Below are positions 56,779-64,000 of a stretch of 64,000 nt of DNA, piece by piece (position 1 is the first letter of the stretch; each line of letters starts with the position of its first letter). The stretch spans positions 78,454-142,453 of the forward strand of contig NZ_CABMQJ010000001.1 of assembly GCF_902388705.1 (NCBI RefSeq), in the 5' to 3' direction. This stretch comes from an uncultured Alistipes sp. GTDB lineage: Bacteria > Bacteroidota > Bacteroidia > Bacteroidales > Rikenellaceae. The notes beneath the pieces were generated by a model. That model had not been told where the DNA came from. It was given only the letters and a program-made list of their open reading frames with translations, and made no database searches. The translations under genes and the position numbers were made by a program.

Positions 56779-58815
56779 ATGAAAAAATCCCTGTGGACGC
56801 TGCTGGCTGTCGGATGGATAGCCGCTGCTTCCGCGACACCTCCGGCACATCTCGTAGATTCGCTGAAATCCGCTTACGAAGCGGAGCCGGATGCCCGCAA
56901 ACGTGTCGATATCCTGCTGAATCTGAAAGATCTGAACGACTCGTCGAAAGACGAACTGTATTACAGCCGCAAACTGTTCGGCGAAGCGGTCGCCGCCGGC
57001 GACGGATTTGCCGTCGGGGCGTCGTTGGGGTCGCTGGCCGCGCATTACATCTCGTCGCCCGGTGCCGGGGATTCGCTCGCCCGGGTGCTCTCGCAGGCCG
57101 AGCCGCTGATGCGGGGCAGCGGCATGGAGGGGCTGGCGGCCTATTACCGCATGGTGGAGTTTGCGCGCCGGATTCAGGTCGCGGGGACGGAGAAATCCGT
57201 GGAGTTGTGCCGTGAATACATCGACTCGGTGCGCACGTTGCCGCCGGGCGACGTGTATGAGGAGGCATCGCGGCTCTTTCTCAAGGGCATAGCCGCATAC
57301 AGGCTGGCATCGGCCGAGGGCAACCTGCAGATGGAACGCGGGCTGCCTTTCTGGAACGACGAGCTTGCGCTTCTGGAGCGGATGCGTCCCACAGCGCGCC
57401 GGAACTTCCATGCCAACCTGATTACCTGCTTGATTGCGGCTTACAGCAGTGTGAAAGATCAGGGCGGATTGGTGCATGCGGCCGACGCCTACCTCGCGAT
57501 GCTCGACGAGTATTACCGCGATCCGGAGATCGTGCGCCGCAGGCCCTATATTTCCAAAGAGATGTCCTACCTGGTCTGTTACTATACGATGTGCACGTCG
57601 CCGCTGCTCGACCGGCGCAACTCGCAGGCATATTACGAGCGTTACCGCCGTTTCGTGGATTCCGCGGCGGCGGATGCCGGCAATATCCTGACAAACAGGC
57701 AGGGATTCTATACGATCAGCGCCGAATATTACAAGCGCCGGGGCGATTACGCCAATGCGCTGGCCTATACCGATTCGCTGATTATGCAGTTGCATCCCGG
57801 CGGCGTTTCGTCGCAGCTGGTGACGATTTGCAGCAACCGGGCCAAGATTCTCGAGCGCATGGGGCGCTACAAGGAGGCATGCGGGGTTTATAACGACGTA
57901 ATCGGCCTGCGCGACTCGCTCTCGTCACACAGGTACGCCGAAAAGGTCGGCGAGCTGGAAGTGCAGTACGGACTGGACAAGGCGGAGCGCGACAAGGCGC
58001 TGCTGCTGGCCGAGAAACGGCAGAATTCGCTCTATTTCGCCCTGATTATCCTGATACTGGCCATCGTCGCCGTCATCTATCTGTGGCGCAACCTGCTGCA
58101 TATCAAACACCTGCAGCGCAATTTGGCTGTCGAGTCGCGGCGCGCGCAGGAGAGCGAGCGGCTCAAACGGGACTTCATGGGGTCGATGAGCCACGAAATA
58201 CGCACGCCGCTGAATGCAATAAGCGGCTTTGCCGAACTGATTGCCGGGGAGGATATTTCGGAGGAGGAACGCCGGGAGTTCGCACAGATTATCCGGGACA
58301 ATACCCAGCTGTTCACCTCGCTGATTAACGATATGCTCGAAGTGTCGCAGTTGGATAACACGAGTGCCGAATTGCCCCGGAAACTGCTCGACATCAGCCA
58401 GATTATCCGTACCGAAATGGAGCATCTGCCCGTGAAGGAGGGCGTCGAATACCGGTTGGAGCTTGCGGAGCCGGAAATCGTCTTTCCGCTGCACCGGAGT
58501 TACGTGTCGCTGCTTGTCCGCGAGCTGCTGAAGAATGCCGTCAAGTTCACCGATCGGGGTTCCGTGACGGTCGAATGCGGCCTGACCGGGCCGGATACGC
58601 TGACCCTGTCGGTCACCGATACGGGCTGCGGTGTTGAACCCGAATTGGCGGAAAAGGTTTTCGAGCGCTTCTACAAGGGCGATCCTTTTGCGCAGGGGCT
58701 GGGACTGGGATTGAGCCTTTGCCGGCTGATTGTGGAGAAATCGGGCGGTACGCTTCGGCTCGATACGACTTATACCGGGGGAGCCCGGTTCGTGGTGTCG
58801 CTCCGGGATGCGTGA
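56779..58815 (+). CDS. sensor histidine kinase with a periplasmic/TPR-like N-terminal region, one TM, and HisKA plus HATPase_c
   Basis: Signal MKKSLWTLLAVGWIAAASA. TM LYFALIILILAIVAVIYLW. H-box MSHEIRTPLNAISGFAELI. G-boxes DTGCGV and GLGLGLSLCRLIV. No cognate response regulator is adjacent. Confidence 0.8.
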   Translation: MKKSLWTLLAVGWIAAASATPPAHLVDSLKSAYEAEPDARKRVDILLNLKDLNDSSKDELYYSRKLFGEAVAAGDGFAVGASLGSLAAHYISSPGAGDSLARVLSQAEPLMRGSGMEGLAAYYRMVEFARRIQVAGTEKSVELCREYIDSVRTLPPGDVYEEASRLFLKGIAAYRLASAEGNLQMERGLPFWNDELALLERMRPTARRNFHANLITCLIAAYSSVKDQGGLVHAADAYLAMLDEYYRDPEIVRRRPYISKEMSYLVCYYTMCTSPLLDRRNSQAYYERYRRFVDSAAADAGNILTNRQGFYTISAEYYKRRGDYANALAYTDSLIMQLHPGGVSSQLVTICSNRAKILERMGRYKEACGVYNDVIGLRDSLSSHRYAEKVGELEVQYGLDKAERDKALLLAEKRQNSLYFALIILILAIVAVIYLWRNLLHIKHLQRNLAVESRRAQESERLKRDFMGSMSHEIRTPLNAISGFAELIAGEDISEEERREFAQIIRDNTQLFTSLINDMLEVSQLDNTSAELPRKLLDISQIIRTEMEHLPVKEGVEYRLELAEPEIVFPLHRSYVSLLVRELLKNAVKFTDRGSVTVECGLTGPDTLTLSVTDTGCGVEPELAEKVFERFYKGDPFAQGLGLGLSLCRLIVEKSGGTLRLDTTYTGGARFVVSLRDA

Positions 58816-58903
58816 CCTGCGGTTCCCGGAACGGCCTTTGGTGCACGGCGTCTGTGAAACCTGTGGCCGGCTGGCTATACGTCCTGTGTGAAAGTAACGT
58901 CAT

Positions 58904-58940
58904 AATAAAACGCCTCTCGGTTCACGAGAGGCGTTTTTAT
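58904..58940. terminator. bidirectional rho-independent terminator between the histidine kinase (+) and lpd (-)
   Basis: AAAACGCCTCTCG, loop GTTCAC, GAGAGGCGTTTTT, with a preceding A-run. Confidence 0.7.
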
Positions 58941-58953
58941 TTGGCAGGCGGGT

Positions 58954-60330
58954 TCAGAGGTGGATTGCCTGCCCGAGAGCCGCTTCCGCCGCCTCCATGA
59001 TACCCTCGTTCATGGTCGGGTGCGAATGAATCGTGCGGGCGATATGGTGCGCCGTTGCGCCCAGCATCCGTGCCAGCGTCGGCTCCGCAATCATTTCGGT
59101 GACGTTCATGCCGACCATGTGGGCGCCCAGCAGCGTGTCGTCCTCGGCGAAGAGGAGTTTTACGAAGCCGTCGCGGTCGCCGGCGGCCGTCGCCTTGCCC
59201 GAAGCCGTGAACGGGAAGCGCCCGACCTTGTAGGCGATACCCCGCTCCTGCGCCTGCTGTTCGGTCATGCCGACCGAAGCGACCTCGGGCGAGGTAAAGA
59301 CGCACGACGGGATGGTCGAATAGTCCACCGGAGCGGGATTCAGCCCGCAGATGGCCTCCACGCAGCAGATGCCTTCGGCCGAGGCCACGTGCGCCAGCGC
59401 CGGGCCGCCGACAATGTCGCCGATGGCGTAGATGCCCGGTACGTTGGTGCGGTAGAACTGGTCGACCAGCACTTTGTCGCGTTCGACGGCGATGCCCAGC
59501 TCCCCGAGGCCGATCCCCTCGATGTTGGATTTGATGCCCACGGCCGACAGCACGATGTCCGCCGTCAGGGTTTCGGGGCCTTTTTTGCCCTCTACCTCCA
59601 CTTCGCAGCGTCCTTCGGCGTTGACCTTTACCGATTTGACGGTCGTCGAGGTCATTACCGCCGCACGCAGTTTGCGGAACGCGCGCTCCATGGTTTTCGA
59701 CACCTCCTCGTCCTCGAGCGGCATCATGCGGGGCATGTATTCCACGACGGTGACTTTTACGCCCAGTGCGGCATAGAACCATGCGAACTCGCTGCCGATG
59801 GCGCCCGAGCCCACGACAACCATCGATTCGGGCAGTTCGGTGAGCGTCAGGGCCTGCCGCGACGAGAGGATATGCCGGCCGTCGACGGGCATGAAAGGCA
59901 TTTCGCGCGGACGCGCTCCCGTGGCGAGGATGATGTGGTCGGCTTCGTATTCCGTGCCATCCACATCGAGTTTTCCGGGGGCTGTAAGCCGTCCGAACCC
60001 GGGAATAAGGTCGATGTTGTTCTTCTTGAGCAGGAACTGTACCCCCTTGCTCATGGTTTCGGCGACGCCGCGCGAACGCGCCACGATTTTTTCCAGGTCG
60101 GGCGTTACCTCGCCCGCGAGGTCGAGTCCGTAGTGTGCGGCCGATTTGCAGTAGGTGTAGACCTGTGCGCTTTTCAGCAGCGCCTTGGTCGGGATGCAGC
60201 CCCAGTTGAGGCATACGCCGCCCGCCTCGGCACGTTCCACAAGTGCCGTTTTCTTACCCAGCTGCGATGCCCGGATGGCGGCAACATAGCCGCCCGGGCC
60301 GCTTCCCACGACGATAATATCGTATTTCAT
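58954..60330 (-). CDS. lpd: dihydrolipoyl dehydrogenase
   Basis: MKYDIIVVGSGPGGYVAAIRASQLGKKTALVE...GGVCLNWGCIPTK (redox-active disulfide), plus the NAD and interface domains. 458 aa. Confidence 0.9.
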   Translation of the reverse strand: MKYDIIVVGSGPGGYVAAIRASQLGKKTALVERAEAGGVCLNWGCIPTKALLKSAQVYTYCKSAAHYGLDLAGEVTPDLEKIVARSRGVAETMSKGVQFLLKKNNIDLIPGFGRLTAPGKLDVDGTEYEADHIILATGARPREMPFMPVDGRHILSSRQALTLTELPESMVVVGSGAIGSEFAWFYAALGVKVTVVEYMPRMMPLEDEEVSKTMERAFRKLRAAVMTSTTVKSVKVNAEGRCEVEVEGKKGPETLTADIVLSAVGIKSNIEGIGLGELGIAVERDKVLVDQFYRTNVPGIYAIGDIVGGPALAHVASAEGICCVEAICGLNPAPVDYSTIPSCVFTSPEVASVGMTEQQAQERGIAYKVGRFPFTASGKATAAGDRDGFVKLLFAEDDTLLGAHMVGMNVTEMIAEPTLARMLGATAHHIARTIHSHPTMNEGIMEAAEAALGQAIHL

Positions 60331-60443
60331 AATCCGATCGAATGTTGTTTGTCTGCTGTTGTCCGGCCCCTCGGCGCAGCTTGCTACCTTGCCGGTTTTC
60401 TCCCGCTCCGGCCAGTCCGCAGCGGAAATCCGGGGCCCGTAAA

Positions 60444-62186
60444 TTATTTTACCACTTTCAGTATTTCGCCGTTATCCTTGGCTACGGCGCGTTTCCATTT
60501 TTCGTTGTAGCCCGGGAACTGGATTTTGCCGGGAATTTTTTTGCCGTTGCCGTTGTCCACGAAGTGCGTCGAGCCGCGGAGGATGGGTCTATTACCGTCG
60601 ATGGTGTCCAGGTGGAAGATGATTTTTTCACCGTCGAGGAATTCCAGTACGCCGGCATGTTCGCTCTTGACGTTCCCGTCCATGTATTTCACCAACAGGT
60701 ATTTGTCGAGCCGCGACCAGCGGTCGAACAGCTGTTTGGCCGTGGCGACGCTGAATTTGCCGAGCCGCTTTTGGCGCGCTTTCGGCGAAAGCTCCATGAC
60801 CTCGTTGTCGATTGCGCGCACCTTCTCAAGCATGTCGTTCTCCCACTTGTCCGTCACCTTGCGAATGTCGGCCGAAATCATGTCGTAGCGCATGTAGGCG
60901 AAATTCGTAACGCGGTTGAAAAGCCAGAATGCCGAGGTCGGCGAATAGTCGAGCATCGAGCCGTTGCCCTCGCGCAAGCAGGCGGGAACCTCCTGCGTGC
61001 AGCAGTAAATCGGCGTCAGGCACGAGGTCGCCGCGTCGTCCACGCCGAACCAGAGGATGCCCATGTCGTCCTTCACGTCGGGACGGGCCTGTGCCACGAA
61101 CCAGAATCCGGTTTGCTGCGTGGCCGTCGCGCGTTCGTTGCAGTACTCCACGCCGTCGACCTCGAAATACATTGGACGCCAGCGGTAGGGACATGCGCTG
61201 CCCCCGGCGCCGATGTCGGTGGTCATGTCCATCGGGGTACCTTCGTAGTGGTCGCGCATGCAGTCGAAGACCACTTTGGGCGACACTTTAGCGCGGGGTT
61301 TTACCCACAGGGGCATGCGGTTGTCGGGGTTATGTCCCATCGCATAGTCCACATATTTGTCCATGTCGTCGGCCACGGTGCGGAAGAATGCCCATACACG
61401 GGCTTCGCAGCCGCGCAGGGCGCCGAAATCCGCAGGGGCGTAAGCCTCGCAGAAACTGAAATCCTCGTCCGGGCCTTCGTAGTAGCCCATTTCGCGGGCG
61501 AACGAAACCACGTCGGGCGAGTAAAGGCAATTTTCGGGGTCGTTCTTCGGGAAGGTCGTGATGCGCGCCTGGTTGGCGTGTGCCGAAATGTAGCCGTCGG
61601 GAATGCGGCGCGCCACCCAGACGATACCCTTGCGGGCGTTGCCTCCCTTGCCGTCGTCCTTGTACCCTTTGCCGATCAGCTCCATAATCCACGCTTCGTC
61701 GGGGTCGACGATCGAGAACGACTCGCCGCTCGACGCATAACCGTGGGTGTTGGCCAGTTCCGCGATTGTGGCGATGGCCTCGCGTGCGGTCCTGGCGCGC
61801 TGGAGCGTAATGTAAATCAGCGAGCCGTAGTCGATCCGGCCTGTCGAGTCCTCCAGTTCCGGGCGGCCCCCGTAGGTCGTTTCGCCGATGATGAGCGAAT
61901 GCTCGTTCATGTTGCCGATGGTCGACCATGTTTTGTTTACTTGGGGGATGTCCGTGAGGTAACGGCCGGTGTCCCATTCGTAGACGGGCAGCATGGTCCC
62001 GGCCTTGAATTTACCCCCGGGGGTATGGTACAGCGCACCGTAGAGGGCGTGCGAGTCGGCGGCGTAGGAAACCATTGCGGAGCCGTCGGTCGATGCTCCT
62101 TTCGTTACGATGAAATTGGTGCAGGCCGCTGCCGCTCCGTAGGCGAAGAGGGCTGCCGCTGCAAGACAATACTGGAGTTTTTTCAT
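60444..62186 (-). CDS. C69-family dipeptidase (secreted)
   Basis: ATG at 62186 gives MKKLQYCLAAAALFAYGAAAACTNFIVTKGAS.... The catalytic Cys immediately follows the signal peptide, as in Ntn-hydrolase C69. About 580 aa. Confidence 0.8.
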   Translation of the reverse strand: MKKLQYCLAAAALFAYGAAAACTNFIVTKGASTDGSAMVSYAADSHALYGALYHTPGGKFKAGTMLPVYEWDTGRYLTDIPQVNKTWSTIGNMNEHSLIIGETTYGGRPELEDSTGRIDYGSLIYITLQRARTAREAIATIAELANTHGYASSGESFSIVDPDEAWIMELIGKGYKDDGKGGNARKGIVWVARRIPDGYISAHANQARITTFPKNDPENCLYSPDVVSFAREMGYYEGPDEDFSFCEAYAPADFGALRGCEARVWAFFRTVADDMDKYVDYAMGHNPDNRMPLWVKPRAKVSPKVVFDCMRDHYEGTPMDMTTDIGAGGSACPYRWRPMYFEVDGVEYCNERATATQQTGFWFVAQARPDVKDDMGILWFGVDDAATSCLTPIYCCTQEVPACLREGNGSMLDYSPTSAFWLFNRVTNFAYMRYDMISADIRKVTDKWENDMLEKVRAIDNEVMELSPKARQKRLGKFSVATAKQLFDRWSRLDKYLLVKYMDGNVKSEHAGVLEFLDGEKIIFHLDTIDGNRPILRGSTHFVDNGNGKKIPGKIQFPGYNEKWKRAVAKDNGEILKVVK

Positions 62187-62379
62187 AGATTTTTCGGGTT
62201 TTGCAAACAAATGTACGAAACAAATCCCAAACGGCAAAGAGCGCACCTGCATATATGTCTGTTTTTATTTGGATATGCCCGGCGGTTTTGTTATCTTTAC
62301 AGCGATTGCAAACGGATCGCATTCCGGCGGATATCTCTCCCCCGCTTCGAGGTATATGATTGATAGTTCGTGTTTTTAT

Positions 62380-63648
62380 ATGAAGAAAACTTTATTTTTG
62401 CTCCTGCTCGTCCTGCTCGGGGTTTCCTTTTGTGCGTGTAATTCGGACGACGGGGAGCAGACGCCTTTCGTTACCGATGTGGAAATGCCCTCCGAGGCGG
62501 AGGTTTTCGCACCCGGCGACGAGGTGGTTGTCAAGGCGCGCGGTTTCGAGGCCGACGACGATATCATGCTCTGCATTACGTGGCCGCTTTCGCTCAAAGA
62601 GGTGGCTGAGGGCTCTGCCGACGGCGTATGGGCCGTTGTGACGGGCCGCACGGAGTCGAGCATCACGTTCCTCGCGCCCGGCGGTTATCCGGCGGGAACG
62701 ACCGAGGTGAAGTTGTTCCGCCGCGGCAGAGCCATGCCGCTGGGAAAAATAGCCGTATCGGACGGCCTGCCTCCCGAGGAGTATTCGCTCTACGGCATTA
62801 CGAACTACGATTCGGACGAAACGTCTGTCGATCGTATCGACATGGCCACGGGCGATGTGACCCGTATCACGACGCTCGGTGTCGGGCAGGGTGTCCGGTG
62901 TGCGGTGAACGATCCCGGTACGAACCGGATTTACTGTGTGACTTCTGATGAAAATTACGGTTCGGCGGCATTTTACGACCTTACGATGCGTTATTACCGG
63001 AACTCGGGATTCGGGGGTGTCGTGACGGCGGGAGTGACGACCGGTCAGGACGTCGCGTTCTTCCGGTATGTGGACGAGCGTTTCCTGATGATGAACCTGG
63101 GGGCGGTGACCCGCACCAGTCCCGTGCCGTCCGTTTACTGGCAGCTGCCTGACGGGATGAAGCCCGAAATGTTTTCCGAATATCCCTTTGTGATGGTTAC
63201 CGGCGGGTATTTCCTGCTTTCGGCGCATAATGCCGACGGGGATTATGTTCCCGTGGTATTCGACGCTCGTTCCGCGAACCGGGTTGCAATGGCGGGCGAC
63301 GCCGTTCGGGCGGATGCCATGATGCCGTTCCGTATCCTCGTATCCAAGGAGGGGCAGGCGGAACCCGTTTATAGTATGGTCGGCGGCTATGCCGTAGCGA
63401 AGGACGGGGTGACCGAACTGCGCCTGTTCGATCCGGCAACGGGGACTTTCGGGGAGACGCTGGCCGAAATTCCGGCTGCCGTTTCATCCCTTGCCGTGCA
63501 TGTTGCGGACGTTGACCGGCAGACGGTTTACATGCTTTGCGGAGCGGAGGGTGCCGAAAAGCATCTCCGAACCTGGGAGGTGAAATCCGGGGCGCAGCAT
63601 ACGCTTCCCGGTACGGTTTATTGTTCCGAAATCGTGCTGGCGCGGTAG
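62380..63648 (+). CDS. hypothetical lipoprotein (422 aa)
   Basis: ATG at 62380 gives MKKTLFLLLLVLLGVSFCACNSDDGE (lipobox). No family recognised. The track ORF start at 62269 is unsupported. Confidence 0.5.
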   Translation: MKKTLFLLLLVLLGVSFCACNSDDGEQTPFVTDVEMPSEAEVFAPGDEVVVKARGFEADDDIMLCITWPLSLKEVAEGSADGVWAVVTGRTESSITFLAPGGYPAGTTEVKLFRRGRAMPLGKIAVSDGLPPEEYSLYGITNYDSDETSVDRIDMATGDVTRITTLGVGQGVRCAVNDPGTNRIYCVTSDENYGSAAFYDLTMRYYRNSGFGGVVTAGVTTGQDVAFFRYVDERFLMMNLGAVTRTSPVPSVYWQLPDGMKPEMFSEYPFVMVTGGYFLLSAHNADGDYVPVVFDARSANRVAMAGDAVRADAMMPFRILVSKEGQAEPVYSMVGGYAVAKDGVTELRLFDPATGTFGETLAEIPAAVSSLAVHVADVDRQTVYMLCGAEGAEKHLRTWEVKSGAQHTLPGTVYCSEIVLAR

Positions 63649-63759
63649 CTGTCCGGGATTTCGGCCGGATAAAAACGGTATGCAGGCCCGGATTTTTTCC
63701 GGGCTTGTTTCGTCTTGTACGAATTTTGCGTATTTTTACAGACCAAAATCAAGCTAATT

Positions 63760-64000
63760 ATGTCGATAGCATATCAATTGTCGTTCGTGCGCAGCACGCT
63801 GCCCGAGGATGTCACGCTGGTCGCGGTGTCGAAAACACACCCCGTGGAGGCGATACGCGAAGCCTATGACGCCGGACACCGCATCTTCGGCGAGAGCCGG
63901 CCGCAGGAGCTGCGTGAAAAATACGAAGTGCTGCCCAAGGACATCGAGTGGCACATGATCGGCCATTTACAGACCAACAAGGTTAAGTATATCGCCCCGT
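63760..64000 (+). CDS. yggS: YggS-family pyridoxal-phosphate homeostasis protein (5' part only; the gene runs past the window end)
   Basis: ATG at 63760 gives MSIAYQLSFVRSTLPEDVTLVAVSKTHPVEAIREAYDAGHRIFGESRPQE..., containing the PLP-binding Lys (VSKT). Confidence 0.75.
   Translation, partial: MSIAYQLSFVRSTLPEDVTLVAVSKTHPVEAIREAYDAGHRIFGESRPQELREKYEVLPKDIEWHMIGHLQTNKVKYIAP

Noticed and set aside
56743-57795. 350-aa minus-strand ORF
   Set aside because: Antisense to the TPR histidine kinase gene.
58960-62363. ORFs of 516 and 673 aa on the plus strand
   Set aside because: Antisense to lpd and to the C69 dipeptidase respectively. High GC explains the long open frames.
1-64000. Looked for CRISPR arrays, rRNA and tRNA genes, integrases or transposases, and long direct or inverted terminal repeats
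   Set aside because: I saw no regularly spaced direct repeats, no 16S or 23S-like segments, no recombinase-like ORFs, and no flanking repeat pairs. By-eye scanning cannot exclude short or degenerate elements.

Overview
This 64 kb window looks like a Bacteroidota chromosome with about 60% GC, possibly Alistipes-like. The phylum call is an inference from lipobox signal peptides, a SusC-type CarbopepD N-terminus, TAnnTTTG -7 promoter boxes, no Shine-Dalgarno use, and long LepB and BlaR1-like proteins. The window is dense housekeeping core genome and runs through the dnaA locus. Confident calls, in order: ald, an ABC ATPase, a LytS/LytTR two-component pair, obg, serB, mscS, mgsA, a tRNA-dihydrouridine synthase, a CorC/CNNM hemolysin-family protein, argS, an SPFH/band-7 protein, an MFS transporter, znuC-znuA in an operon with a CPBP protease, a HIT protein, relA/spoT, recA, bcp, a WYL-domain regulator, dnaA, a phosphohexomutase, a blaI/blaR1-like pair, a MazG-like protein, an O-methyltransferase, a DJ-1/PfpI protein, an M16 peptidase, uvrA, yigZ, lepB, dapB, aspA, truA, a TPR histidine kinase, lpd, a C69 dipeptidase and the start of yggS. 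I did not recognise any rRNA, tRNA, CRISPR array, integrase or transposase. Most long antisense ORFs in the six-frame track look like GC-driven artefacts. The parts worth a second look are: (1) a BlaI repressor plus an M56 BlaR1-like transducer whose extracytoplasmic domain resembles ExbD/TolR, with a shared ACTAA-N4-TTAGT palindrome upstream of both blaI and a neighbouring secreted-protein gene; (2) a WYL-domain regulator followed by a cupin lipoprotein and a zinc-ribbon protein, co-directional with and just upstream of bcp and recA, close to dnaA; (3) a low-GC, gene-poor stretch (27.0-29.5 kb) with AT-rich palindrome arrays upstream of the CPBP-znuA-znuC operon and of an XRE-type HTH gene; (4) two tandem paralogous mini membrane proteins that both begin MTPEE, sitting between the HIT gene and relA; (5) an ABC ATPase with a tiny membrane partner placed convergent to the LytS/LytTR pair; (6) two FN3-repeat lipoproteins and a tandem pair of paralogous lipoproteins. 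All family assignments come from reading the translated ORFs and recalled motifs. No database search was run.
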